A stretch of DNA of 64,000 nucleotides, taken from contig CAMAPH010000003.1 in assembly GCA_945859975.1 (NCBI GenBank), forward strand, positions 64,001-128,000. Direction: 5' to 3'. Both the position numbers and the translations under genes were made by a program. Every line of letters begins with the position of its first letter. The first letter of the stretch is position 1. Positions 1 through 9,675 of this stretch are shown piece after piece. Below the pieces are notes generated by a model. It searched no databases. It saw only the letters and a program-made list of their open reading frames with translations, and was not told the DNA's origin. Source of the DNA: Chthonomonas calidirosea. Its GTDB lineage: Bacteria > Armatimonadota > Fimbriimonadia > Fimbriimonadales > Fimbriimonadaceae.

Positions 1-785
1 ATGGCGATCAAGATGGCGTTCAAGAACTGGAGCGCCAGCATGTTCTGCACCGGCACCTTGTAGACAAGGATCAAGGTGAAGCTGGCGAAGATGGAGAAAA
101 TCTGCCGACGCGATCCTTCAAGGAAGCTGAGCAGATAAAACAGCCCGTACTCTTTTCGGAAGACAATCGGCTGCCGCTTTCCGCCCGCTGAATGATGCGA
201 AAGAGTCCCGATGCACCAAGCCGCTCCGAGAATGGCGACTCCCGCGATCCAGAAATACGGCTGATAAGTGCCCTTCGGCAGAAGCTGGGAGAGGATGTAG
301 GCCGTCCCGAGTCCGCCAATCGTAGCGACCGCGCCGACCGAAGACATGTTGCCCAGGTGCCGCCCGCCTTCTTTCCCCTTCGCCAAGGCCAGCGTGATCG
401 GGCTTTGCATGGTCGCGTAGAGGTGGAATCCAATCGACCAGAAAATCGAGATCCCAATGATGAAGCCCATCACCGGGAAAGAACCCGTCGCGGCGATGCC
501 AAATGCCGTAATGGCAAGCCCAATCGCGGCAACCCGCGCTTCGGCAATCGCCGCCAGAAGCCCAGCCGTGAGGGCGGTCAACAGACCCGGCACTTCTCGA
601 AGGCTCTCAAGAAGACCCAGGTCGAACTCCTTGGCTCCGACGGCTTCTTTGAAGAAGTTCTGGAACACGCCGTTATACATCGCGAACCCAAAACCGAAGA
701 GAAACACCCCTGCAACGAACCGTTTCCAGTCCTGCCGCAGCGATGCGGCTTCGGCTTCTAGGTTCAATTCAGCGGTTCCAGACAC
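1..785 (-). CDS. MFS transporter (3' end runs off the window start; not in the ORF track)
   Basis: Manual minus-strand translation from GTG at 785: ...DWKRFVAGVFLFGFGFAMYNGVFQNFF...LESLREVPGLL...YLLSFLEGSRRQIFSIFASFTLILVY... Many TM helices; frame open to position 1. Confidence 0.8.
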   Translation of the reverse strand, partial: MSGTAELNLEAEAASLRQDWKRFVAGVFLFGFGFAMYNGVFQNFFKEAVGAKEFDLGLLESLREVPGLLTALTAGLLAAIAEARVAAIGLAITAFGIAATGSFPVMGFIIGISIFWSIGFHLYATMQSPITLALAKGKEGGRHLGNMSSVGAVATIGGLGTAYILSQLLPKGTYQPYFWIAGVAILGAAWCIGTLSHHSAGGKRQPIVFRKEYGLFYLLSFLEGSRRQIFSIFASFTLILVYKVPVQNMLALQFLNAILIA

Positions 786-829
786 CCGGCTAGCTTACCG
801 GCAGTCTCGGCTATGTCATAATCGTGAGT

Positions 830-917
<88 letters not shown>

Positions 918-1002
918 GCAGGCTCCGTTTCTCCCTTTGGCCCTGCGAAAACAAGCTAGCAAATCCCGCTGTTCAGAAGTGACTTTTCGATCACAAAGAT
1001 TA

Positions 1003-1029
1003 CTTGTGGTCGCGAATTGCGACCACAAG
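1003..1029. terminator. Hairpin between convergent tRNA-Ser and serine hydrolase
   Basis: CTTGTGGTCGC-gaatt-GCGACCACAAG perfect 11-bp stem. Confidence 0.6.
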
Positions 1030-1036
1030 AATGAAT

Positions 1037-2488
1037 TTACTTGGCGACGCCGGTGAAGGTTGCCTTCGGATTCCCACCAAAGCTCACGTTGAACTGGCTG
1101 TCAACCGTCACCTGATTTCCAGAGAACTTGAACGAAAGGGTCTGCACGTATGGCGTTTCGTGGTTAGCAATCTTCAGCGTCAAGGTGTCTACAGCCGTCC
1201 AGCCGCCTGAAACCGAGGCTTTCACGTTATCGATGATTTCGCCGACGTCGGTCCATTTAGTGCCGTTGAACGCGATCTCTCGGACCTTTCCGCCGATCGT
1301 CAACTTCACCGCATTCTCGCCAACGCTGAGGTCCGAATAGTTGAGGACATTTGAGTCGAAGCTGAACTTCTTGCCAACCACTCCTGCCGCAGGCTTGGCC
1401 GAGCCTTTTGCCAAGGGCAGAACCAATGACCCCAGCTTTTGCACGAGCGCCTGATGATCTGCTTCTGAAGTCGGTAGTTTTCCGGCGCGAAGCTCTGGCA
1501 CGAACTGATCCCAAAAGATGCTCATGATCGTGCCCATGTCGTTCGTTCCCGACGTGATAGCCACCACCGTATCCTGCTCTGGCATCACGATGCAGTACTG
1601 ACCAAACGCGCCGTCACCGCGATAGAATCCGCCCCTGCAGCGCCAGAACTGGTAGCCGTACCCTTGGTCCCAGTCGCTGTTCGGGTTGCTTCCGTTGCTT
1701 GCCTGCTTCGAAGTCGCAAGGTCCACCCACGCGGAAGGAAGGAGCCGCTGTCCGTTCCACTCTCCACGCTGAAGATAAAGCTGCCCAAACTTCGCGATAT
1801 CTTCGGTCGTGATGTTGAGGCCAAAGCCACCAAGGTCTACGCCTTGCTCATCCTGGTTCCACTTTGGATTCTTTATTCCAAGTGGCTCGAACAACCTGGG
1901 GGTCAAGTACTGCGTCAGGGTGAGGCCGGTCACCTTCTGCGCGATTGCGCTGAGCATGTAGGTTGCCGCCGTGTTGTAGTAGAAAAGTGTGCCCGGCTTG
2001 TGCGCTACCGGAAGGGCAAGAAACTGCTTTGCAATCGAGCCGGAGTTAAGGAATTTGACCTTATCGACCTCATCCCCGTGTTGCCCGGTCGACATACACA
2101 GCAAGTCCCGAATCCGCATCTCCTTGAGGTTGTTCGATGGGGTCGCCGGTGCTTCTTCTGGGAAATGCTTGATGACCGGGTCATCAAGGCTAATCTTGCC
2201 CTCGGCAATTAACATACCGATGGCCGAGGACGCGAAGCTCTTACTGAGCGAATACAGCTCGTGTGGCTTGTTTGCGGCGTACGGCGTCCACCAACCCTCG
2301 GCCACGACTTTGCCGTGACGAACAATCATGATGCTGTGAACATGATCAATCCGCTGCTCGAGCGTGTTGACGAGCTTCAGAAGCCCGGCTGAAGAAATTC
2401 CCTGCGCCTCGGGAGTGCTTCTCGGCAGGTCTGCCGCAACGCCAACGGATGCAATGCTCATCGAAAGTGCCATCAATAGTCTCTTCAT
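1037..2488 (-). CDS. Secreted serine hydrolase, beta-lactamase class C/AmpC-like family
   Basis: Signal peptide MKRLLMALSMSIASVGVAA; SxxK (YSLSKS), YYN (FYYNT), GDGAFGQ. Start trimmed to ATG 2488. Confidence 0.85.
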   Translation of the reverse strand: MKRLLMALSMSIASVGVAADLPRSTPEAQGISSAGLLKLVNTLEQRIDHVHSIMIVRHGKVVAEGWWTPYAANKPHELYSLSKSFASSAIGMLIAEGKISLDDPVIKHFPEEAPATPSNNLKEMRIRDLLCMSTGQHGDEVDKVKFLNSGSIAKQFLALPVAHKPGTLFYYNTAATYMLSAIAQKVTGLTLTQYLTPRLFEPLGIKNPKWNQDEQGVDLGGFGLNITTEDIAKFGQLYLQRGEWNGQRLLPSAWVDLATSKQASNGSNPNSDWDQGYGYQFWRCRGGFYRGDGAFGQYCIVMPEQDTVVAITSGTNDMGTIMSIFWDQFVPELRAGKLPTSEADHQALVQKLGSLVLPLAKGSAKPAAGVVGKKFSFDSNVLNYSDLSVGENAVKLTIGGKVREIAFNGTKWTDVGEIIDNVKASVSGGWTAVDTLTLKIANHETPYVQTLSFKFSGNQVTVDSQFNVSFGGNPKATFTGVAK

Positions 2489-2552
2489 CGAGGGGAACCC
2501 CACTTCGCGGACTTTACCCGCCGATGCAGAATCGAACTTGGATCGCACACCG

Positions 2553-2593
2553 AAAACAAAACAGGGTCCTCGCCAATTTGGCGAGGACCCTGT
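2553..2593 (-). terminator. Intrinsic terminator after the FG-GAP gene
   Basis: ACAGGGTCCTCGCCA/TGGCGAGGACCCTGT stem followed by a U-rich tract on the minus strand. Confidence 0.8.
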
Positions 2594-2607
2594 GATTCAG
2601 TTACCGC

Positions 2608-5493
2608 TTACGAAGCGGTAACGGTGAGGAGCGCACCGCGTGTGCCGTCGCCCGGAATGTTTCCGTAGATCCAGCTCGTTGCGGTCGTGGTTCGGGTGAA
2701 CGTTGTCACGGTTGCCGTGGTCGAAGTCGATCCCGCAGGGATCGTCACCGATACAGGCACCGTCGCAACGCCCGTCTTCTGGCTGGTGAGGTTAATCACC
2801 ACGCCGCCAGCAGGGGCTGGTGCCGCGAGGGTCACGGTAAGGGTCGAACTCGTTCCGCCCTGAACCGAGGTCGGGCTAAGCGCAACGCTTACCAGAATCG
2901 GTCGGTTAACCGAAACGGTGGTGGTCTTACTCGTGGTGACTCGGGCGGTAATCGTTGCCGTCAGGTTAGACGTACCCACCGAAGTCACGGGGAAGATCAT
3001 TGTTGAAACTCCCTGAGGAACGGTGACCGTTGAAGGCACCGTCACCTGTGAAGTGCTGGATGTTAGCTGGACGACCTGTCCGCCAACTCCCGCTGGTCCA
3101 ACTAAAGTGACCGTTCCAGTTGTATTGCCGCCAGCTCGAATCGGGCTCGCCGCGACGGAAACGCTCAATACGTCAACCGCTGGGACAACCGTAACCGTGC
3201 CAGTCTTGAAGCTATCGATAAGCACGGCAATGATGTTAACCGCGGTGGAAGACCCTACCGATCCGGCCGTGGCGTTGAAGGTCACGCGCGCTTGACCTGC
3301 CGGGACTACCACCGAGCTTGGCACGGTGATCGCGGCATTATTGCTCGAAAGCGAAACAGTGGCGCCGCCAGTGGGAGCAACGGTGTTCAACGTAACCGTT
3401 CCAACCACCGTACCGCCGGCATTCACCGTCGGGCTGGCGAACGTGACCGAGTTCATTCGGGCAGTCTTGACCGAGATCTGGGCGGTGTCGGTATCGAATC
3501 CGGCCGCCGTGGCGGTGACGGTGGCAAGGGTATCTGCAGCAACGTTGAGCGAAGTGACATCAACGCTTGCCGAGGTCGCACCTTCTGGCACAACGATCGA
3601 AGCAGGAGCGGGGAAAGCCGCGCTGTTGCTGGCCAGCGAAACCGTCGTTCCACCAACTGGTGCTGCCGAAGTTAGCGTCACGTTCAGGCTAGCCTTTGCG
3701 CCACCTTTGACGGTTGCCGGCAAAGTGAGGTTGATCGCGTCGCCAAACTTAAAGGCATACGCGGCACCCTGAAAGCTCGTGTCGCCCGTGGCGCCGACCA
3801 GAGCATAGTCACCTGCGAGTGAAACGAAGCCACCGAATCGCTTACTGGCCGCGATGTCGGAAGGGGTGATCTTTTGGGCTTGCGAATACACGCCAGCCGT
3901 TGAGTTGAAGACGTATGCCGCACCGCGGAAACTCAAATCGGCAATCGCGCCGATCAAAGCCTTGGTGCCATCAAGCGAAACACTAAACCCGAAGCAAATC
4001 AGCGCCGGGGCGTCGTTTGGAAGCAGCTTTTGACTCTCCGACCAAACGCCAGCCGAGCGAGTAAAGATGTAAGCCGAACCATAGTTCGAATCGTTCGCAT
4101 AGGCTCCCACGATCGCCGTGTCACCTTCGATGTCGACGGACCAGCCAAAGTTGTCTTGGGTTTCTCCATCGCTTGCGGTCAGCTTCTGCTGTTCCGTCCA
4201 TACGCCAGCGGCGCGGGTGTACACATAGGCTGCGCCTTGGTTGTCGGCATCTCCGAAGGAGCCGATGATTGTGGAGTCTCCGCTAACTGCGACGCGAACG
4301 CCGAAGTTGTCACCGGCTGCGCCGTCAGAAGCAACAAGTTTCTGTTGCTCGGTGAAGGAAGCGCCACCGTCGACGAACACGTATGCTGAACCCTGGATCG
4401 CATTCTCGACCGAGGCACCAACAACGGCGGTCGTTCCGTCGAGGTCAACGGCGTTGCCGAATTCATCTCCAGAAATACCGTCGCTGGCAAGAAGCTTTTG
4501 CGACTGCGTAAAGGTTCCGGCGGCTTCGCGGAAGACATAAGCCGCGCCCTGTGAACTGTCGTCTAGAGGTGCGCCAACGACGATCGTTGGACCGTCGATT
4601 GCAACGGCGATTCCGAAATTGTCATCGGCAACGCCGTCGGCCGCGACAAGCTTCTGGGTCTGCGTCCAAGCGCTGCCGGTTCGGCGGTAGACATAAGCCG
4701 CGCCGCGGGCCGAGTCGTTTTGATATGCACCAACGACGGCAACGTCTCCGTCCAGATCGACGCTGACGCCGAGAGCGTCGCCGCTATCCCCGTCACTTGC
4801 CGTAAGTTTCTGCTGCTGGAACCAAGTTGGGTCGATCGTGACCGGATAGACCGCCGCGCTGTCATCAACCGCGACTTCGATGCTCTGGCCAGAGACTTCA
4901 AGGCGAGCCGGGAGTTGGGTTCCGCGAGCGTCCCAAACCTTAAGGCCGGCATAAGTCAACGTCGAATTCGCTCCTCGAACTTCGACCGCATCGGTGGAAA
5001 GTGACTTAAGTTGAGTTGCTCCGGAAACGGAAAGCCGCACCCAAAGCGAGCCGCTAGCAATCGACGCACCTGGTCGGGTGGAGACTTTCATCCAGTGGTG
5101 AAGGCCGTCTGCACCGTTTACGAACCATTCAGAAAGACCGGTTCGTGCAAAAGAAGCGACTGGCCAACCGGCTGTATCTTTGCCAAGCGTGGAAGACGTG
5201 TTGCCCGGCGCGCCTCGCGTCGAACCGCGACCGAAAGCGGCAACTCGAACGCCGATCTTGTCCGAGCCAGCCTTGAGGGTTAGCGCCCCCTGAGAAGAGA
5301 GTTCGCTTGAGTAACCCAAGCCCGGTTGACGAGAAACAACTGATCCAGACTCCTGCAACTCAAACGCGCGAACTGACCGTGCAATCGCATCGTTCAATCC
5401 TCCGCTTTGACCCGGACCAAAATCAGCCTGCGCCGACGCCGCTGATACGAGCAACAGCGGTAAAGCGCGCAAGAAAACACTGACGCGTGACAT
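2608..5493 (-). CDS. Secreted protein with seven FG-GAP-type repeats (beta-propeller) and four C-terminal Ig-like repeats
   Basis: Signal peptide; 7 x QKLxASDG..DxFGxxVxLDGxxAxVGA...GxAYVF; 4 x ~95-aa Thr/Val-rich repeats (GGxxxTGTVTLxxxAPxGGxxVxLxS...VPxSVxVPxG). Confidence 0.85.
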   Translation of the reverse strand: MSRVSVFLRALPLLLVSAASAQADFGPGQSGGLNDAIARSVRAFELQESGSVVSRQPGLGYSSELSSQGALTLKAGSDKIGVRVAAFGRGSTRGAPGNTSSTLGKDTAGWPVASFARTGLSEWFVNGADGLHHWMKVSTRPGASIASGSLWVRLSVSGATQLKSLSTDAVEVRGANSTLTYAGLKVWDARGTQLPARLEVSGQSIEVAVDDSAAVYPVTIDPTWFQQQKLTASDGDSGDALGVSVDLDGDVAVVGAYQNDSARGAAYVYRRTGSAWTQTQKLVAADGVADDNFGIAVAIDGPTIVVGAPLDDSSQGAAYVFREAAGTFTQSQKLLASDGISGDEFGNAVDLDGTTAVVGASVENAIQGSAYVFVDGGASFTEQQKLVASDGAAGDNFGVRVAVSGDSTIIGSFGDADNQGAAYVYTRAAGVWTEQQKLTASDGETQDNFGWSVDIEGDTAIVGAYANDSNYGSAYIFTRSAGVWSESQKLLPNDAPALICFGFSVSLDGTKALIGAIADLSFRGAAYVFNSTAGVYSQAQKITPSDIAASKRFGGFVSLAGDYALVGATGDTSFQGAAYAFKFGDAINLTLPATVKGGAKASLNVTLTSAAPVGGTTVSLASNSAAFPAPASIVVPEGATSASVDVTSLNVAADTLATVTATAAGFDTDTAQISVKTARMNSVTFASPTVNAGGTVVGTVTLNTVAPTGGATVSLSSNNAAITVPSSVVVPAGQARVTFNATAGSVGSSTAVNIIAVLIDSFKTGTVTVVPAVDVLSVSVAASPIRAGGNTTGTVTLVGPAGVGGQVVQLTSSTSQVTVPSTVTVPQGVSTMIFPVTSVGTSNLTATITARVTTSKTTTVSVNRPILVSVALSPTSVQGGTSSTLTVTLAAPAPAGGVVINLTSQKTGVATVPVSVTIPAGSTSTTATVTTFTRTTTATSWIYGNIPGDGTRGALLTVTAS

Positions 5494-5646
5494 ACCAATT
5501 TAATGATGGGCCGCAAGCGGGCAAAGGATTCCTCTTTTTTCCGTCACACCTGAATTGTTTGATAGGTCTTGCCGATTCTAAGGGATTTGTTCCAGAAATC
5601 CTTTGCAACGAATCAAAGGCTCCCAAGGTCTTTACGTTGAGTTGCC

Positions 5647-6582
5647 ATGCAGTACGCGATCATAGCTTTTCTTGTAATCGTAGTCTTTTTGGGGGTCCGC
5701 ACCATCAATCAGGGCACGATCGGGGTCATTACTGTTTTTGGCAAATACCGTCGAATTCTCCGCCCCGGGCTTAACTTGGTGATCCCATTTATCGAACAAC
5801 TCCAGAGCCGCGTCAGCATCCAAAACCGGTCCGTCGAGATGGAGTTCCAAGCCGTCACGCTGGACCAAGCGAACGTCTACTTCCGAAGCATGCTGCTCTA
5901 CTCCGTCGAGAATGACGATGAAGAGACGATCAAAAAGGTCGCGTTTAAGTTCATCGGTGAGCGAGATTTCATGCAGGCCCTCACCCGAACGATCGAGGGC
6001 ACCATCCGCTCATTCGTCGCGACCAAGAAGCAAGCCGAAATTCTCGGCCAGCGCAAGGAAATCGTTGAGTACGTCAAGGACCAAATCGACCAACTTCTCA
6101 GTGAGTGGGGCTATCACCTGATGGACCTTCAGATTAACGACATCACCTTCGACCAGGCGATCATGGATTCGATGAGTAAGGTCGTCGCGAGCAACAACCT
6201 CAAGGCTGCCGCCGAAAACGAAGGACAAGCCCTCCTCATCACCAAGACCAAGGGCGCGGAAGCCGAAGGCAACGCGATCAAAATCGCCGCTGAAGCCGAG
6301 CGAGAAGCCGCCCGATTACGTGGTCAAGGCGTGGCGCTCTTCCGAGAAGAGGTCGCCAAAGGTATGACCGAAGCCGCCGAGCAGCTTCGAACGGTGAACC
6401 TGGATACGAATGTGATCCTCTTCACGATGTGGACAGAGGCAATCAAGAACTTTGCGGAGTACGGCAAAGGCAACGTGATCTTCCTGGACGGTAGCCCGGA
6501 TTCGATGCAGCGAGTTCTCGCGCAGATGCAATTGCTATCGAAGGACAGCGAGCATGCGACGATTCCCCCGCGGATTCAGTAG
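5647..6582 (+). CDS. SPFH/band-7 domain membrane protein
   Basis: N-terminal TM, FGKYRRILRPGLNLVIPFIE, WGYHLMDLQINDI, Ala/Glu-rich coiled coil. Confidence 0.9.
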   Translation: MQYAIIAFLVIVVFLGVRTINQGTIGVITVFGKYRRILRPGLNLVIPFIEQLQSRVSIQNRSVEMEFQAVTLDQANVYFRSMLLYSVENDDEETIKKVAFKFIGERDFMQALTRTIEGTIRSFVATKKQAEILGQRKEIVEYVKDQIDQLLSEWGYHLMDLQINDITFDQAIMDSMSKVVASNNLKAAAENEGQALLITKTKGAEAEGNAIKIAAEAEREAARLRGQGVALFREEVAKGMTEAAEQLRTVNLDTNVILFTMWTEAIKNFAEYGKGNVIFLDGSPDSMQRVLAQMQLLSKDSEHATIPPRIQ

Positions 6583-6639
6583 CTGGGGGCGCGTCCGACC
6601 ATCGGTGGTGTAGCCGAGTTTAGTGAGCTAAGCGGAAAG

Positions 6640-6714
6640 TGGAGCCTCCGACGAGAATCGAACCCGTGACCTCTTCTTTACCAAAGAAGTGCTCTGCCGC
6701 TGAGCTACGGAGGC
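6640..6714 (-). tRNA. tRNA-Thr (GGT)
   Basis: Reverse complement GCCTCCGTAGCTCAG...CTTCT-ttGGTaa-AGAAG...GGTTCGATTC...CGGAGGCTCCA. Confidence 0.96.
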
Positions 6715-6720
6715 GGATAT

Positions 6721-6806
6721 TGGTGGGTAGAGTAGGATTCGAACCTACGTAGGCTCTCGCCGACAGATTTACAGTCTGTTCCCATTGGCCACTCGGGCAT
6801 CTACCC
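6721..6806 (-). tRNA. tRNA-Tyr (GTA)
   Basis: Reverse complement GGGTAGATGCCCGAGTGG...ACAGA-ctGTAaa-TCTGT, variable arm, GGTTCGAATCC, CTACCCACCA. Confidence 0.97.
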
Positions 6807-6827
6807 ACGGGAATCGAGATGATACCA

Positions 6828-8021
6828 TCAGCCCACGATTTTTCGGAAGGCATGCTTGCCAACTTTCAAAACGCGCCCTAAAATCTGGTCTCGTTCCATT
6901 CGAAGGTCGGTCACTTTCTCGCCATCCAAGGCGATCGCTCCCGCCTTCACTAGGTCCTTAACCGCCCCGTTACTCTTCGCTAGTCCCAGTTCAACAATCA
7001 GCGCCGGAATCGAAACGAAACCATCAACCACCGCCGCATCGGGCAGTGTCACTTCCTCCGCCTCGACCGGTTGCTGCCGCTTGCTAAACGTGTCAACAAA
7101 GTACTGTTCGGCCTCGGCTCCTGCTTCCTCGCCGTGATAAAGAGCTACGATTTCTCGCGCCAATCGAACCTTCGCGTTTCGCGGATTCTGTCCTTCGGCC
7201 GTCAGCTCAGCAACTTCCGAGAGCGGAACGTCGGTGCAGAGCTCAAACCAGTTGCCGATCAAGTCGTCCGGAATCGACATCGTCTTGCCGAACATATCGT
7301 TCGGCGTATCCGAGATCGAAACGTAGTTTCCGATCGATTGCGACATCTTCTCTTTGCCGTCGGTGCCGACGAGCAGAGGGCAGGTCATGACAACCTGCGG
7401 CGCCTTGCCGTACTGCTCCATCAAATTCCGGCCAACGAGGTTATTGAACAGTTGATCATTCCCGCCGAGCTCAATATCGGCATCAATTTCTACCGAATCC
7501 ATGCCCTGACAAAGGGGATACAAAATCTCGTGCATCGAGATCGGTCGTTGCTCGGCCAGGCGCTTAGTGAAGTCATCTCGCTCAAGAATTCGCGCGACGG
7601 TGTACTTGGACGACAAACGGATGACATCCGCGAAGGTCATCTTTCCGAGCCAGTCTTCGTTAAAGAAAAGTTGGGTCTTCTCGGGAATGAGGATCTTGTA
7701 GAGCTTTTCCTGAATCGCCTCGAAGTACTCCATCACCTCTTCTCGGGTGAGTTGGCGACGGGTTTTACTCTTGCCCGTCGGGTCGCCGATCTGGGCAGTG
7801 AAGTTTCCGACGATGATGCAACCTGTATGGCCGAGCCGCTGGAAATCTCGAATCTTGCGAAGGACGACGGCCCAGCCAAGGGTGATATCTTTTGCCGTCG
7901 GGTCTAGGCCCAACTTAACGCGAAGCGGGCGGCCGAGCGAAAGTTTTCTGCGAAGGTCCTCTTCGCTCACAATCGCGCTCGTACCGCGCCGCAAAATCGC
8001 AATCTGCTCGTCCACCGTCAT
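6828..8021 (-). CDS. tyrS: Tyrosine--tRNA ligase (atypical HIGH motif)
   Basis: KLGLDPTA, IGDPTGK, EILYPLCQGMDS, ELGGNDQLFN, KMSQS, C-terminal S4 domain. Confidence 0.93.
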   Translation of the reverse strand: MTVDEQIAILRRGTSAIVSEEDLRRKLSLGRPLRVKLGLDPTAKDITLGWAVVLRKIRDFQRLGHTGCIIVGNFTAQIGDPTGKSKTRRQLTREEVMEYFEAIQEKLYKILIPEKTQLFFNEDWLGKMTFADVIRLSSKYTVARILERDDFTKRLAEQRPISMHEILYPLCQGMDSVEIDADIELGGNDQLFNNLVGRNLMEQYGKAPQVVMTCPLLVGTDGKEKMSQSIGNYVSISDTPNDMFGKTMSIPDDLIGNWFELCTDVPLSEVAELTAEGQNPRNAKVRLAREIVALYHGEEAGAEAEQYFVDTFSKRQQPVEAEEVTLPDAAVVDGFVSIPALIVELGLAKSNGAVKDLVKAGAIALDGEKVTDLRMERDQILGRVLKVGKHAFRKIVG

Positions 8022-8050
8022 GAGCCGGGAAGTTTACTTGGCAAGCCCGC

Positions 8051-8212
8051 TCAGACACGCCGGCGGACAGTCAGAAGGGAAACCACAAAGAGGATCAGGA
8101 ACACGAAGAACAGGATCTGCGCGATGCCAGAAGCACCCGCGGCCAGCCCGCCAAACCCAAGCACGCCCGCGATGAGGGCAATGACGAAGAAAACAACCGC
8201 GTAGTACAGCAC
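8051..8212 (-). CDS. DUF1328/YtjA-family small membrane protein (53 aa; not in ORF track)
   Basis: [53 protein letters not shown]. Confidence 0.9.
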   Translation of the reverse strand: MLYYAVVFFVIALIAGVLGFGGLAAGASGIAQILFFVFLILFVVSLLTVRRRV

Positions 8213-8264
8213 TCCCTGCAGACTACTTTCTTTTTGCTATGTTCGGCGCAATTTGCCGATATGC

Positions 8265-8435
8265 CTACCGTCTTTGCGGTCCGCGCGGCTTAATCAGCAG
8301 AGAGCCGACGGCAAGGCAAACGAATAGGACGAAAAGGCCCTGCGCGAGCGCGGTTGCACTTCCGGCAATGCCGAGAAAGCCGAAGGCCGCCGCGACCAAC
8401 GCCAAGATAAGGAAAATCACCGCATTGTAAAGCAT
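8265..8435 (-). CDS. Second DUF1328/YtjA-family small membrane protein (56 aa; not in ORF track)
   Basis: MLYNAVIFLILALVAAAFGFLGIAGSATALAQGLFVLFVCLAVGSLLIKPRGPQRR. Confidence 0.8.
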   Translation of the reverse strand: MLYNAVIFLILALVAAAFGFLGIAGSATALAQGLFVLFVCLAVGSLLIKPRGPQRR

Positions 8436-8460
8436 GTTAGTTTGAATTTACGCCTTGAAG

Positions 8461-9675
8461 TTAGGCGTTATTGCTACCGGGACGGCTATTTTCTGCAGCT
8501 CCCAGCAAGAAGGATTCCAGAGCTCGAGCGGCGTTGCCCGTCCCCCAATTTTCTACTACGTAGGCTCGTGCCGAGGCACCTAGGAGGTCCCTTTTTTCCG
8601 GGTTGTCCAACAGCTCTTCGAGCGCGCTTGCGAGAGCAGCCGGGCTCGGATCGGAAAGGATGCCGTTAATGCCGTCCTTGACCGTCTCGCGAACACCGCC
8701 CTCGGCGACCGCCACCACCGGCAGCCCGCACGCGTTCGCTTCCAGAGGGACAAGGCCAAAAGGCTCCAAGCGGCTGGTGTAAATGAGGGCTCCGGCAGTT
8801 TGGAGGTGCCGCTCAACTTCCGCGTCGGGAAGCATTCGCTCAAGATGGAAGTCAACTTTAAGGGATTTCGCCAAAGGAATCAGTTCGGCCAGATAAATCT
8901 CGTCGACCATGTTCGCGCTCCAAACCAGCTTCGGTCGTGGCTCTCGCATCGCACCGATCGCGAGAATTGCCTCACGAACCCCCTTCATCGGGCCACAAGT
9001 GCCAAGACCGAAGACATATCGTTCTCGCGGTTTCGGCGCGTACCGGAAGTGGTCAACGTCGATTCCAAGGTAGCAAACGCTTGCTGAAATCCCGAACGCC
9101 CGAAGAATCGCCTCGCGGCTGAAGTAAGAATTGCAAAGCACGAGATCGTAGGAACGGATGCTCTCCAACTCTTCCCATGCCAACTTTCGGTACTGCGGCC
9201 AGTACACGGCATCTTTAACCTTTGCCTTCAAACTCGCGCCAGGCCCGGGCGGCAACAGGGGCAGCTTCGGCATCGGCTCATAAAGCGCCCGAAATGGGTC
9301 CTGCAGATAGACCACCTTCGGCATGCGATGAACGTACCGGCCGATGAACGGGGTGTTGAAGTGCAAAGAGTTGTTTGCAAACAGGAGATCGCAGCCCGAA
9401 GCGTCGATCATCGGACCGACCTTGGCTGCATGCGCCTTGAACTCCTTCATCATCCGCGGGAAACGCGTGAGCGCACTCTTCAGGTCGGGCCGCTCCGCAA
9501 ATCCCTGCGGAACCACGTGGACCGGCCCGAACTGAGAGAGGTCCAAATCGTCTTTCGGCAATGCCGGCTGCCAAATCTCAACCTGGTGGCCAAGCTCAAC
9601 GAGCCCTTTGAGGTGATCATACAGGGCGCGTTTCGCGCCGCCGAACGGCAAATAGTGCCAGACGGCGATTTTCAT
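8461..9675 (-). CDS. Glycosyltransferase family 4
   Basis: GGAKR N-terminal motif; EPFGLVPLEANACGLPVV; ATG 9675 overlaps the upstream stop (ATGA). Confidence 0.9.
   Translation of the reverse strand: MKIAVWHYLPFGGAKRALYDHLKGLVELGHQVEIWQPALPKDDLDLSQFGPVHVVPQGFAERPDLKSALTRFPRMMKEFKAHAAKVGPMIDASGCDLLFANNSLHFNTPFIGRYVHRMPKVVYLQDPFRALYEPMPKLPLLPPGPGASLKAKVKDAVYWPQYRKLAWEELESIRSYDLVLCNSYFSREAILRAFGISASVCYLGIDVDHFRYAPKPRERYVFGLGTCGPMKGVREAILAIGAMREPRPKLVWSANMVDEIYLAELIPLAKSLKVDFHLERMLPDAEVERHLQTAGALIYTSRLEPFGLVPLEANACGLPVVAVAEGGVRETVKDGINGILSDPSPAALASALEELLDNPEKRDLLGASARAYVVENWGTGNAARALESFLLGAAENSRPGSNNA

Noticed and set aside
8022..8050. T-box riboswitch upstream of tyrS
   Set aside because: Only 29 bp separate tyrS from the upstream DUF1328 gene, and a -10 sits 9 nt from the ATG.
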